Notes under the pieces: model-generated
Seen by the model: the letters and a program-made list of their open reading frames with translations, nothing else
What the model was told of the DNA's origin: nothing
Database searches by the model: none
Origin: a virus
Length of the DNA: 64,000 bases
IMG/VR virus record: IMGVR_UViG_3300048694_001252
Span: 32,001-96,000 of that record
Strand: one strand, 5' to 3'
Position numbers and translations under genes: made by a program
In this document: positions 1 through 10,115 of the stretch, one piece after another
How positions within the stretch are numbered: the first letter of the stretch is position 1
How the letters are laid out: the number at the start of each line of letters is the position of its first letter

Positions 1-2819
1 GGTGCTACCACGCTGTTGCCCGATAGATCGTTGGTCTGGCAGCTGGGATAGAATGTGGCCATATAGTTGCTGGTAGCCACCAGGCCATCTTCGGCCGGGA
101 GACCCAGACCATTGCGGTTTGTGGCCCATTCAACCAGACTGTTACCATCTGGTCCCAGACGCATGGGTGTATCACCCACCACGAACAGGGTGTTGTTGCG
201 TTCATTGCTGAGCGCAATCATGTTGGGCTCTAGTTCAGGATAGGCCGGGCAAGCGATAATGTTGAACTGGTTCTGTTCTTCACGTGCAGCTTCGCTGGTG
301 TCAATGGCCGACTTCATGGCCTTGACTATCACCTGGCGCTGGGCCAAGCGTCCACCCCACATAGCACCATTGTCACGATTGCCCGAAGCCGACAACCAGG
401 TGTTGGTCACTGTGACTATTTGCCAATAGTTCACGTTGGTGCCGGGCGTGTGATTCACATTGGCATTGGACATGGAGATGTAGTTGAAGTCGTTATAGCT
501 TACATAGCTACCAATGGTATAGGACGTGGTAGGCGACCATGGATCAGCTGGATAGGATGTGCTGTTGAAGTAATCCCGCTGGAAGGTCTTGACGTTGTAA
601 CCCGAACGTCGTGTGTTGAACATCAACATGCCTTGTGGATATAGCGCAGGATCAGGTGCGTCAAGATCCAGATAATCACTGGTCAACAGACTCACGATAC
701 TGGGTATGGCATCGCTGATGGGATCTGTGGTACCATTGGGTGCCCAACGTGCGTCAGCAAACAAGATACCGTTCTGTGTGACTTGATCTGTGGTATCGAT
801 AGAGACCCATTGCGCTTGGCCACTTACCAACTGCCAGCGATAGAGCTTGGGATAGTTTTCCAAATCGCTGGTGTCCAACCAGAGATCACCATACACCAAG
901 GGACTTTCTGCATCATCATTCTGTGTCATGGGTGCGGTGGCCGAGCATATGGGTCCGCTGGCATTGGTCAGTGTAAGGTCGTAGCCACGAACATCATTGC
1001 TAACGTTCTGATAACCTTGCCATTGACCGTTGTCCTGGATCATGATGTCCACTTGAGTAGCTGTGCTATAATACCACATGGTTCCGTCTGCTGGATCTTG
1101 ATCGGGCGCGGTGTCCATGGCAGTATAGGTGAACAAGGGCGCGGTGACCAAATTAGACAGTATCAATCGACCTGGGGTCGTGAATGATTGGCGAACCTTG
1201 GGCGTTGACAAGGTAAAACCAGCAGTGGTTATTGGATTGCCTGTGCCCGGAGTCAGACTGATCCAACCACCGGCACTGTGAGTGAACACAATATTACCAG
1301 CACTGTTCACCGATGCACTGACATAGGGCACCGCGGCTGCGGATACTGCTGCAATAAAATCAGCCACCGAACCAGTTCCACCTATGGTCACTGTACTGGT
1401 GATGCTGCTAGTGGTTCCGGGTTGGCTACCAGCCATGGCAAAAGTATTACCGGGTGTGAACGCATTGCCGGTGGGTGTACTGGTACCAGTAACGATAGTT
1501 TGTCCAAACGCATACTGTTCCAGGATTTCAAAACACATGGTGTCTAGTGGCACTGTTTCATAGTAGTTGGCCATGGGGTTGATGTAGGTGGTACCCACGG
1601 GAATAGTACGACCACCATTCACAGGATCCAACCCATATATGGCCTGAGATATGCCGTCATATGCGGGTGTTTTCTGAGCTATCCATTCGCCCAGCGTGGC
1701 GCTCCATTTCTTGATACGGATATCCAAGCCATAGTTCACTGTGCTGAGATTGTTCCAGACCGACCCTGTGGGATGTGGTGCTGTGTCAGTGGTTCTCCAG
1801 CGCGGAGCTTGGTAGCTGTAGCTGGCAAGATATGTGGGTGCCAGATAGGTATTGACCGTGATGCCCAGGGCCGCCAGCAGTGCAGCACCTAGATTTGGTC
1901 CTTGTTCGATAGTGATCAATCCACCATCACCAGACGAACCGTCATTTGTGGCTGTGCTATCACAGAACAATTGCAGACGTCCACTTTTGACCATGGCCGA
2001 TACGCCGGTAATGGCCGCATTGTTGATGGCAGTGGCAAATCCTGCCACAGTCAATGCCGTTGATCCTGCGCCCACAGTGACCAGGGTACCATTGATATAC
2101 ATGTTGGCACCATTGGTCAAGCTGTTGGGGGTAGCTGTACCTGCCACTGTGGGCCAGCTCATTTTCCAGTCATCGCTGCCTACCAGTACCCAGACGTTGT
2201 CAGAGTTTTTGTAGTAACCATACATAGGCACACTGAGAGCTGTGATAGCATAATCACCGATGCTGCCATAGCTGGTCACGGGAGTATAATCACCACCAGC
2301 AGCATCCACCACATATTCGACTTCGGTAATGACCAAGGGGGTTTTCACCGTGAATTGAGCTGTGGATTGATTCCATTCCTGGATACCCCACTGCGTGGTC
2401 GAAGTATCCAACCAATAGGTGCCATTGTTGGCGTTGCCCGTGGGGCGAACCAGACTGGCTGTGAGTTCGGTCAGATTGATGTTTGCACGTTGCACATAGC
2501 AACGATTGGTCACGCCCAGGGCGCTATAGGCAGCCAGCAAACCGTATTCGTTGAGTTCATATCCATTGATGGGAGTACCGGTCGTGGTATTGTAGAAAAA
2601 CGGTACACCAAAAGTGGCTACTAAATCACGTTGGCTTGTGATTAAATAGGTTTTATCGGCATTGGCTGCGGTCGTACCAGCAGCAACGGTTACGCCGTCA
2701 CCAGAAACTTTGTTTTGTGCAGTAGCTATCAAGAAGTAAGGTACAGTGTTGACTGCCGAGGGAATGTATTGGCTTTCGTCAATAACTGTTACTTCTACGC
2801 CAGGTGATGTCAGGGCCAT
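1..2819 (-). CDS. gp18: Tail sheath protein (T4 gp18-like), 3' end beyond window
   Basis: Hand translation from ATG at 2819 gives MALTSPGVEVTVIDESQYIP..., with later FGVPFFY and HGYELNEYGLLAAYSALG, typical of sheath N-termini. It is absent from the ORF track, consistent with running off the window. Confidence 0.9.
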   Translation of the reverse strand, partial: MALTSPGVEVTVIDESQYIPSAVNTVPYFLIATAQNKVSGDGVTVAAGTTAANADKTYLITSQRDLVATFGVPFFYNTTTGTPINGYELNEYGLLAAYSALGVTNRCYVQRANINLTELTASLVRPTGNANNGTYWLDTSTTQWGIQEWNQSTAQFTVKTPLVITEVEYVVDAAGGDYTPVTSYGSIGDYAITALSVPMYGYYKNSDNVWVLVGSDDWKMSWPTVAGTATPNSLTNGANMYINGTLVTVGAGSTALTVAGFATAINNAAITGVSAMVKSGRLQLFCDSTATNDGSSGDGGLITIEQGPNLGAALLAALGITVNTYLAPTYLASYSYQAPRWRTTDTAPHPTGSVWNNLSTVNYGLDIRIKKWSATLGEWIAQKTPAYDGISQAIYGLDPVNGGRTIPVGTTYINPMANYYETVPLDTMCFEILEQYAFGQTIVTGTSTPTGNAFTPGNTFAMAGSQPGTTSSITSTVTIGGTGSVADFIAAVSAAAVPYVSASVNSAGNIVFTHSAGGWISLTPGTGNPITTAGFTLSTPKVRQSFTTPGRLILSNLVTAPLFTYTAMDTAPDQDPADGTMWYYSTATQVDIMIQDNGQWQGYQNVSNDVRGYDLTLTNASGPICSATAPMTQNDDAESPLVYGDLWLDTSDLENYPKLYRWQLVSGQAQWVSIDTTDQVTQNGILFADARWAPNGTTDPISDAIPSIVSLLTSDYLDLDAPDPALYPQGMLMFNTRRSGYNVKTFQRDYFNSTSYPADPWSPTTSYTIGSYVSYNDFNYISMSNANVNHTPGTNVNYWQIVTVTNTWLSASGNRDNGAMWGGRLAQRQVIVKAMKSAIDTSEAAREEQNQFNIIACPAYPELEPNMIALSNERNNTLFVVGDTPMRLGPDGNSLVEWATNRNGLGLPAEDGLVATSNYMATFYPSCQTNDLSGNSVVA

Positions 2820-2850
2820 TTTGAGGTTTCCTTGTAAAAAGTTATAGTGA

Positions 2851-2856
2851 TATTTA
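2851..2856 (-). promoter_or_regulatory. Late promoter core TAAATA upstream of sheath gene
   Basis: TAAATA recurs upstream of many structural genes in the window, and a gp55 homolog is present. Confidence 0.65.
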
Positions 2857-2921
2857 CCGGAAGCCACAAAAAAACCACCGCTAGAACGCCCTTTGGCCAA
2901 GGTTCGTGAGTTAAATAGAGG

Positions 2922-3269
2922 ATGACTCGTCCCATTTGCGCTGCCTGCGGTCAACGTCCCTGTGCCGTAAACTATCACGGCCTGGATCGCATACACTATC
3001 GACGTCGCTGCGAAAATTGTCAACGCCGGAATCGAGGTATACGCCCGCATCGGCCGCGATGGGAGATAGCGGGCTATCGCAAAAAAATAGTGTGTGATCT
3101 ATGCGGATTCCGGGCTAGATACAGTGCCCAGATCCTGGTGTATCACATGGATGGCAGATTGACCAACGTGGAACCCAAAAATCTACGCAGCGTATGCCGT
3201 AACTGCGAAATCGCTGTGTCTAGGGGCGATTCGCCAGCGCGGCCGGGAGATCTGGAACCAGATCTCTGA
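2922..3269 (+). CDS. Small zinc-binding HNH-like protein
   Basis: CxxC pairs; CDLCGF...VYHMDG...N...NL..VCRNC resembles an HNH motif; TAAATA at 2912-2917, 4 nt before ATG. Confidence 0.6.
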   Translation: MTRPICAACGQRPCAVNYHGLDRIHYRRRCENCQRRNRGIRPHRPRWEIAGYRKKIVCDLCGFRARYSAQILVYHMDGRLTNVEPKNLRSVCRNCEIAVSRGDSPARPGDLEPDL

Positions 3270-3894
3270 CTTGATCGTAGAGATTTTCCAAGCTACCATT
3301 GTTGTCAATGTGATGATCAAATCTATTGCCTACCCAGGCCCACTCGCTTTCATGGATCCGGTACCGAAACATGCTTTCTTCTAGATCGGCCACGATGCGC
3401 ATGATGGTACGTTGTTCATCGTTGGCCCGGTTGTAACATACCGCCCAGTCATACCAAACTGGTCTCGCACCACGCTCAACCCAGACGAGTTTAGCGCCAG
3501 CATTGCGTAAAGCTTCGATCTCATTGGGAAATCTACAGTCAGAAATAACTATATCATCGGTGGTTTTGCGCAGTTTGTTTTCCAGGCTTGCTACCCAGAT
3601 ATTGTCATGGAATCCGCGACGGCACACTTCGGTTCCCCACTGCTGCAATACCCATCTCGGGGTGAGATTGGGTATCTGTAATTTTTCAGCCCACCACTGA
3701 TCCACCTGTTCGCGCCAGGCCCGGCTGGTTTGGGTGCGCCCTTCCAGCATTTCGCGATCCCAACCAAATACCATACCAACAGCATCTTTGAGTGTGCTGG
3801 CAAAACTGTCGCGTCGAAATCCATGGGAATTTACCAAATAGTCAGCCATGGTGTCTTTGCCCGACCCTTGCCAACCGCAAATCGCGATGATCAT
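3220..3894 (-). CDS. Deoxynucleoside monophosphate kinase (T4 gp1-like)
   Basis: P-loop GWQGSGKDT, SFASTLKD, PRWVLQQWGTE, ISDCRFPNE, HESE. Start placed at the ATG overlapping the upstream TGA. Confidence 0.88.
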   Translation of the reverse strand: MIIAICGWQGSGKDTMADYLVNSHGFRRDSFASTLKDAVGMVFGWDREMLEGRTQTSRAWREQVDQWWAEKLQIPNLTPRWVLQQWGTEVCRRGFHDNIWVASLENKLRKTTDDIVISDCRFPNEIEALRNAGAKLVWVERGARPVWYDWAVCYNRANDEQRTIMRIVADLEESMFRYRIHESEWAWVGNRFDHHIDNNGSLENLYDQVRDLVPDLPAALANRP

Positions 3895-4415
3895 TTCAGT
3901 TCCTTTATCTTGAGATACTCCAGTACATCCCACAACAGCAATATCTGGCAACAGCAATCTTCCAGGGCGTTGTGGCTGGCTGGATAGCGTTCCAGGCCGG
4001 GAGCGAGGCTAAACAAGGTGCGGCTGTCGCGCACTGCGAAATACTTCCAGGGCAGCGCCATGTTGAGACTCTTGTAGGCATGTTCCAGGATGGTCATGTC
4101 ATAGCAGGGTCCTTGCGCCCAGACGTGCCGGGCATGCCAGACCATACGGGTCAACCCCTCCAAGGCCTCGCGCAGACACACACGGTCTTGTTCCTGGAAC
4201 GCATCATCACGTATATCGTGGGGTTGGGTGGCCCACCATTCTAGAGTACCTTGCTCGATGCGGCGATCAGCCTGGCTCTCCATGTCCACACGCACATAGA
4301 ATTGGCGCCCCAATTTATCACGAGTCAAAGGGTCAAACTCAACCGCGGCAATGGTTAGTATGGTAGCATCGGGCCCGGTGCCTAGCCCTTCAATATCGAT
4401 CATGACATCAGTCAT
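3891..4415 (-). CDS. DEDD 3'-5' exonuclease (Rv2179c/DexA-like)
   Basis: DVMIDIEGLG, WAQG..YD..IL, RDSRT, HNALEDC motifs. Confidence 0.8.
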   Translation of the reverse strand: MTDVMIDIEGLGTGPDATILTIAAVEFDPLTRDKLGRQFYVRVDMESQADRRIEQGTLEWWATQPHDIRDDAFQEQDRVCLREALEGLTRMVWHARHVWAQGPCYDMTILEHAYKSLNMALPWKYFAVRDSRTLFSLAPGLERYPASHNALEDCCCQILLLWDVLEYLKIKELK

Positions 4416-4421
4416 GATGCG

Positions 4422-4450
4422 ATTATAGTTGAAAACTACAGCACTGTCAA
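4422..4450 (-). promoter_or_regulatory. Consensus sigma70 promoter (early), likely leaderless
   Basis: TTGACA-17 nt-TATAAT on the minus strand, 6 nt before ATG 4415. Confidence 0.85.
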
Positions 4451-4457
4451 AATTGCT

Positions 4458-5228
4458 CTAGCCAATCACCCAGGTAATGGGCTGAGAACCATCCACATAG
4501 GCCTTGAGTTGCTCGAGCAAGGCATCCATTTGGGCCTGGGCTTCGGTTTTCATGGCAGTACCATTGAGGGTGCTGCCGCCCTGGGGACCGGCTATGGTAC
4601 CAAATTTTTCGCGAGCTTCGCCTATGATCATCTTGCAGTTGGCCACCATGTAGTCCCGCATCCATTGAGAAATTTGGAAATCGCTCAAGAGGTTGATCTC
4701 GGGCTTGAGGTTATAGGTCCATAGCAGTATGGCTTCGTTGCTGCCCTTGGGATCACGGATCAGTTGCAGCTTCTTGGTCACGGGGTTGTAGGTGTAATTG
4801 ATGTATCCACCAAACATGCGAGCTGCTAGTTCCACGTACTGGCTGTAGAAATCATAGGTGGCTAGACCACCGGCCACGTTGAAGTTCATGAGATATACAT
4901 TCAGGCTGGCCTGTGCAAAGGGATCAAAATTGGATGCAAATGGGCCTGTGGCATCACCAAATGTACGCCGGAAAATCTGGCGCACCGATATCACTTCCTG
5001 GGGCAATTGATAGATGTTTTCATCCTTGACCAGGTACATGAAACTGTAGCTTTCTTCATAGGCATTCTGGGCTCGCTGACGATAGGTGCCCAGGGTCTTT
5101 TGATAGGCAGCTTCGTAGTCCTCGGGATCGAGTTCCACATCAATAATGTTAGCACCCAATTGGGCGCTCACATATTTTATTAGAGCTTGTTTGAGTTCAG
5201 CGAGAGTATCTTGTTGTTGCTCGGCCAT
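4458..5228 (-). CDS. gp13: Neck/head completion protein (T4 gp13-like)
   Basis: LGANIIDVELD, W...Y..A.CK..IGEAREKFGTIAGPQGGSTLNG, and a C-terminal WVIG. Confidence 0.8.
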   Translation of the reverse strand: MAEQQQDTLAELKQALIKYVSAQLGANIIDVELDPEDYEAAYQKTLGTYRQRAQNAYEESYSFMYLVKDENIYQLPQEVISVRQIFRRTFGDATGPFASNFDPFAQASLNVYLMNFNVAGGLATYDFYSQYVELAARMFGGYINYTYNPVTKKLQLIRDPKGSNEAILLWTYNLKPEINLLSDFQISQWMRDYMVANCKMIIGEAREKFGTIAGPQGGSTLNGTAMKTEAQAQMDALLEQLKAYVDGSQPITWVIG

Positions 5229-5269
5229 GGTTGGGTTCCTTGTGCATATTTAGCCCAGGAACCCTCTCG

Positions 5270-6418
5270 CTAGCGCACACGCAGTATGATCATATCCGCA
5301 TTGCCCCGACCATTGAATTTGGTCTCGGTGCTACGGATCTCTCGGAACACTTTACGCGCAGCAGGAGCGCCCCCACTCATGAGGCTCTTGAGCTGCTCCT
5401 TGGGTTTACGCAGGGTCTTGCGCACACTTTTGGTGGTATCATAGCCGATCAGGCCCGTGCCCTTGACCGAAAACGAACCCAGCAAATCTTCATGCACCAC
5501 GTAGATCAGCTTACGGCGTCGGGTATCATAGAGCCAGGCTTCTTGGGCATCCACCAAATCGGTCACTGGCACTGATTTCAATCCCAGTTCAGCAAACTCT
5601 CGCAGATACTTGAAACGTGCCGTGAGCTTTTCGGGACTCACGGGCTTTTTCTTGCGCGGTTTGCGCTCGACCTTTTTGACCTGCACATAGCTGGCGCAAT
5701 CGGCCACGACCTGTTCGGCAAATCGCACCATGTTGCGGACCTGGATCTTACTGAATCGGCCATAGCCCTCCACGAGATCGGCATCGCGCCCCTGGGCAGC
5801 TTCTTGCAGTTCAGCCGCTACCTGTCGCCAGTGCTGTGCGATCTCGCCCACCATTTGGGGCACGACATTGCGCTCACGCAGTATGGTCATGGGCTGGATA
5901 TCTGCGGTCATCTTGGCACCGGCCAAGATCATGGAGTCAAACAAGCCTTCGATATCACCACCGGTTTCCAGCATTTTTTCGCGCAAGCGATCCTGGATAT
6001 TGGGTCGCGGTGCTGTGGGTTTTTCTTGTACCTGGACATCGTCCTCGCCCTGCTGCAGGGCCGCTTGGATATGATCTGCGATCACCCGACGTTCACGCTC
6101 ATCCAGCGGCCAACCCATGACGTTCATGCGGCATAGCCAGCCCGGGGTGGTGCTGAAGTTTCGTTCATTGCTGCGGGCCACGCGCTGGCAAGCCGCGGCC
6201 GGGAATTCGTTACGACCCATCCAGTCGATCACGAACTTCTTGGCATCTTTGCTGTCGCAGTAATAGTTATACCAGGCAAACGCATGCAGCTGAGCCAGCC
6301 TACGGGCCGCGTCATCTTGGGGTAGCTTGGTCCACTGGGGTTCATTGCCCATGTATTTGGTGTCGGCGTCCCGGGGCATGATGGGCTTTGCGGGTTTGGC
6401 GTCAATCTTGCTCTTCAT
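5270..6418 (-). CDS. Hypothetical phage protein (382 aa)
   Basis: Long ORF with WYNYY, IQDRLRE and KTLRKP motifs; function not recognised. Confidence 0.7.
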   Translation of the reverse strand: MKSKIDAKPAKPIMPRDADTKYMGNEPQWTKLPQDDAARRLAQLHAFAWYNYYCDSKDAKKFVIDWMGRNEFPAAACQRVARSNERNFSTTPGWLCRMNVMGWPLDERERRVIADHIQAALQQGEDDVQVQEKPTAPRPNIQDRLREKMLETGGDIEGLFDSMILAGAKMTADIQPMTILRERNVVPQMVGEIAQHWRQVAAELQEAAQGRDADLVEGYGRFSKIQVRNMVRFAEQVVADCASYVQVKKVERKPRKKKPVSPEKLTARFKYLREFAELGLKSVPVTDLVDAQEAWLYDTRRRKLIYVVHEDLLGSFSVKGTGLIGYDTTKSVRKTLRKPKEQLKSLMSGGAPAARKVFREIRSTETKFNGRGNADMIILRVR

Positions 6419-6686
6419 TGGGATTCCTCATCAAAGAAGCGAATATAACATGTCCTTCAAAATTGGTCAAGGCCTCTTGGGCCTGCTGCATCAGGTTCTC
6501 AAACTGGGGTGTGGGATTGCGACGCCTACGCGAGATCACGCGCTCTTGATCGGCCCGGCGCAAGAGATCTATTGCGGGGCGACTCATGCGCCTGAGATCG
6601 CGGCGCGCAAAACGCGGCAAGCGTTCAATGCGCTCCAGACTCTGTTGCAGCCTGGAGTTTAGCTCGTCCCAATCTTCCAGTTTCAT
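6402..6686 (-). CDS. Hypothetical early protein (94 aa)
   Basis: Lies directly behind a sigma70 promoter and overlaps the next gene. Confidence 0.65.
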   Translation of the reverse strand: MKLEDWDELNSRLQQSLERIERLPRFARRDLRRMSRPAIDLLRRADQERVISRRRRNPTPQFENLMQQAQEALTNFEGHVIFASLMRNPNEEQD

Positions 6687-6692
6687 ACAGTT

Positions 6693-6721
6693 ATTTTAGC
6701 TGATCGATCAATTCTGGTCAA
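6693..6721 (-). promoter_or_regulatory. sigma70 promoter, likely leaderless
   Basis: TTGACC-17 nt-TAAAAT, 6 nt before ATG 6686. Confidence 0.75.
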
Positions 6722-6742
6722 CCACCCCATAAATACAGCACT

Positions 6743-8284
6743 ATGCCCAAACTCAGTTTATGGCGTCCCAATAGGACCCGTGATTATCAGTATCTAGATC
6801 GTATCATTAGCGAGCGCTATACCGTGGGTGGTATGGACATCTTTGTGCACAAATACATGGGCCCGCAGACCGGGGGCGAAGATTCGACCTTTAGCGGTAA
6901 CGCAGATGCCACCCAACCCGTGTACGAAACACAGAGTCCGCTCAACATACAGGACCTGCTGTTGTTGGAAAACCGCGATAGGATCTATGATCAAGACATC
7001 TACGTCATGCGCGGTGTATATACCCATCAAGACATCGACTTTGATCTCACCCAGTTTGGTCTATTTCTCAACAGTGATACCCTGTTCATGACATTTCACT
7101 TCAATGACATGATTGACACATTTGGGCGAAAACTCATGAACGGAGATGTGTTGGAACTGCCCAATCTCAAAGACTACTATCCGCTCAATGCAGCCACGCC
7201 CGAACCACTGCCGCGATACTATGTGATACAAGATGCCAACTACGCCAGTGAAGGACTCAGCCAGACCTGGTTACCACACATCTGGCGTGTCAAGGCCACA
7301 CCCTTGACCAACGCCCAGGAATTCAAAGACATCTTGAAAAAGCCCATGGTCAATAGTACCATCTGGGATAGCGACAATTTCTATCCGCAGAACAGCGTGG
7401 TCAATTACAACAATACCTACTATCGTGCTGGTGCGAATGTTCCAGCCGGTACCGACATCACCAACACCACCTACTGGACACCGTACACTCCGGGCACACA
7501 AGACGAGCTCATGACCACCCGGTTGAAGGATCAAGCAATCGACGATGCCATACTCACACAAGCCGATGTGGAAGTACCTGCATCCGGTTATGATGTCAAG
7601 AGCTATTACATCGTGCCCACGGTACAAGGTGTGCCTGTAACCCCAGCTATATGGAATCTCTGGGATCGAGACTCAGCCTACAATGCGGGTACCGTGGTCA
7701 ATATTGATCGACAGTACTGGACTGCTCGGGCTGACGTGCCGCCGGGTGTGCAAATATCCAATCAGGAATACTGGACCCCTTATCAGGCCAGTGCAGGTGG
7801 GCAACCGGCCAGCCCTGATACCCTATATACCAACAGCGCCACCACAGTGGACGGTACCCAAGGCGGTATGAATGTTACGCCCCAGGGCGATGGCTACACC
7901 GTAGGATACCTTACCGGTGATGGTGTACCGCCCAATGGTCTGCCTTGCGGTGTAGGTACCACGTTCCCATCTGGTGCTGTACCCGGCGATTACTTTTTGC
8001 GCTTGGATTATTTTCCTAACCGCCTGTTTAGATACAATGGTTCACGCTGGTTACACATCGAAGACAAAGTTCGTACCAATCTCAACAATGGCAGTGTGAA
8101 CGACACCCTGCGCAGCAGCTTTGTCAACAACACCTACACCACGGCCACCACGGATCAGGGCAACATACCCAGCCGTCAGAGTCTCAGCGAAGTGCTACGA
8201 CCTCGTGCGGACAATGGCAGCCAGGGCGGTCACTTTCCCGCCAAGCCCTATCCCAACACACAACCTGGACAGAAATCTAGCTGA
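6743..8284 (+). CDS. Neck protein (T4 gp14-like) with two inserted CBM5/12-like repeats
   Basis: LLLLENRDRIYD, DLTQFGLFL, GRKLMNGDVLELP; two W....Y....VV.....Y.A...VP.G..I.N..YW.PY repeats; TAAATA at 6730-6735. Confidence 0.65.
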   Translation: MPKLSLWRPNRTRDYQYLDRIISERYTVGGMDIFVHKYMGPQTGGEDSTFSGNADATQPVYETQSPLNIQDLLLLENRDRIYDQDIYVMRGVYTHQDIDFDLTQFGLFLNSDTLFMTFHFNDMIDTFGRKLMNGDVLELPNLKDYYPLNAATPEPLPRYYVIQDANYASEGLSQTWLPHIWRVKATPLTNAQEFKDILKKPMVNSTIWDSDNFYPQNSVVNYNNTYYRAGANVPAGTDITNTTYWTPYTPGTQDELMTTRLKDQAIDDAILTQADVEVPASGYDVKSYYIVPTVQGVPVTPAIWNLWDRDSAYNAGTVVNIDRQYWTARADVPPGVQISNQEYWTPYQASAGGQPASPDTLYTNSATTVDGTQGGMNVTPQGDGYTVGYLTGDGVPPNGLPCGVGTTFPSGAVPGDYFLRLDYFPNRLFRYNGSRWLHIEDKVRTNLNNGSVNDTLRSSFVNNTYTTATTDQGNIPSRQSLSEVLRPRADNGSQGGHFPAKPYPNTQPGQKSS

Positions 8285-8286
8285 TC

Positions 8287-9705
8287 ATGACAATCACTCA
8301 AGAATTTTTTTATGACGAGCAAATAAGACGCTTCCTCCTGCAGTTTACCCGAGCGGTATCGGGTTTTCAGGTGGAATATGGTCGTGACAAAGACGACCCC
8401 AACAAGATGGCTCTGCTACGAGTGCCAGTGCGCTACGGTGATGCCACTCGTAATGCCCAAACCATCATACAGGAAAATTCCGCTAACAATTTGCCTAGCA
8501 CTCCGCTCATGACCTTTTATATCACCAGTCTCACCTATGATCGTCAGCGACTGCAAGAACCCTATCATGTGAACAAGGTATCTGTGCGCCAACGCACCTA
8601 TGATCCAGCTACCGAAACTTATGAAACCACGCAGGGCAATGCGTTTACTGTGGAACGCCTGATGCCGGTACCCTACAAAATGAGTATCAATCTAGACATC
8701 TGGACATCAAATACCAATCAAAAATGGCAGCTATGGGAACAGTTGTCGGCCCTGTTCAATCCCAGTCTGGAAGTAACGAGCACCGATAACTTCCTGGACT
8801 GGACCAGCCTGTCTGTGATCGAACTGGATGACACTGTGTATACCAGTCGTAGCATACCCATGGGCACCGATAACCCCATAGACATCGCCACATGGAAATT
8901 CAACATACCCATTTGGCTGAGCAGTCCAGTCAAGGTCAAGAAGCTGGGAGTGGTAGAACGTGTGGTCATGAGCATGTATGATGCCCAAGGCGATTTCAAC
9001 GACGCTATCACCAACAACGATCTCTTGTTGGGTACTCGTGTGATGGTCACACCCTGGAACTACAAGTTGGTTGTCATAGACAATGCCATACAGATTCTCT
9101 ACAACCCTACCATCGTGCCCAATGGCAGTCTGGCTGATCTTGGACCCACAGCCATCGTGGCCGACAGCCCCCTGCTATGGCCTGCCGTGATAGGCGCCTA
9201 TGGTGTGTTGAGACCTGGAATCAGTCAGATCCGACTGAATCTACCACCTGAAAATCCCGACACACAGATCGTGGGTACCATTGTTGTTGATCCCAACGAT
9301 GATCGCCTGGTGATTTTCACGCCAGATGCGGATACGGTACCACAAAATACTCTCGAACCCATCAATGCCATCATAGATCCACTAATTAGTGCGCCAGGCG
9401 ATGGCCTACCCACGCCCGCCACAGGCACTAGATATCTCTTGACCCAGGCCACTGGTAGCTGGTCCAACAGTGATAACCCTTTGGCCTGGCTGGGCGAACA
9501 GGATCAACCCTTGGTGGCTCAGGCCAACGACATCATAGAGTGGATGGGCACACGCTGGCGCGTGGTTTTTGTGGCCGCGGATGAATCTACCCAACAGTTC
9601 GTGACCAACATAACTACAGGTACACAGTACGAGTGGACCGGCGAATTCTGGAAGAAAAGTTATCAAGGTGTATACATGGGTGGTGAATGGAATCTAGTGT
9701 TGTAA
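8287..9705 (+). CDS. gp15: Tail terminator / sheath stabiliser (T4 gp15-like) with C-terminal extension
   Basis: FFYDEQIRRFLLQF, VPVRYG, MPVPY..LDIW...Q.WEQL..LFNPSL. Confidence 0.75.
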   Translation: MTITQEFFYDEQIRRFLLQFTRAVSGFQVEYGRDKDDPNKMALLRVPVRYGDATRNAQTIIQENSANNLPSTPLMTFYITSLTYDRQRLQEPYHVNKVSVRQRTYDPATETYETTQGNAFTVERLMPVPYKMSINLDIWTSNTNQKWQLWEQLSALFNPSLEVTSTDNFLDWTSLSVIELDDTVYTSRSIPMGTDNPIDIATWKFNIPIWLSSPVKVKKLGVVERVVMSMYDAQGDFNDAITNNDLLLGTRVMVTPWNYKLVVIDNAIQILYNPTIVPNGSLADLGPTAIVADSPLLWPAVIGAYGVLRPGISQIRLNLPPENPDTQIVGTIVVDPNDDRLVIFTPDADTVPQNTLEPINAIIDPLISAPGDGLPTPATGTRYLLTQATGSWSNSDNPLAWLGEQDQPLVAQANDIIEWMGTRWRVVFVAADESTQQFVTNITTGTQYEWTGEFWKKSYQGVYMGGEWNLVL

Positions 9706-10115
9706 AAGCAGTAGGTGTGTGGTTCCGAGCTGTCACTACCGGTCGTTATCTCTATCTCATGCGCAATGATCCCCGGCATCCCCAGGTCTGGGGCCTGCCC
9801 GGCGGCAAAATTGAATCAGGCGAAACGCTCTTGGGTGGTATGGAACGCGAATGCTGCGAAGAACTGGGCCGCATGCCCTCGTATCTACGCCTGATGCCTC
9901 TGGAGAAATTTACCAGCGCCGACGGACATTTTGAATACAACACCTGGGTGTGTGTGGTGGCCGAGGAATTCCAACCCCGACTCAACTCGGAACACTTGGG
10001 CTATGCCTGGATCGATGCGGGACAATGGCCTCGGCCCATGCATCCCGGTCTCTGGAACGTGATCAACATTGAAGATGTACAGGGCAAACTGCGCTTGATC
10101 GAAGCTAGCTCTTGA
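9687..10115 (+). CDS. NUDIX hydrolase
   Basis: Nudix box GGKIESGETLLGGMERECCEELG. Confidence 0.88.
   Translation: MESSVVKAVGVWFRAVTTGRYLYLMRNDPRHPQVWGLPGGKIESGETLLGGMERECCEELGRMPSYLRLMPLEKFTSADGHFEYNTWVCVVAEEFQPRLNSEHLGYAWIDAGQWPRPMHPGLWNVINIEDVQGKLRLIEASS

Noticed and set aside
4416-4460. Read-through fusion of gp13 (TAG) to the exonuclease, in frame across 14 open codons
   Set aside because: The spacer is fully explained by a consensus sigma70 promoter, and an in-frame open gap this short is likely by chance.
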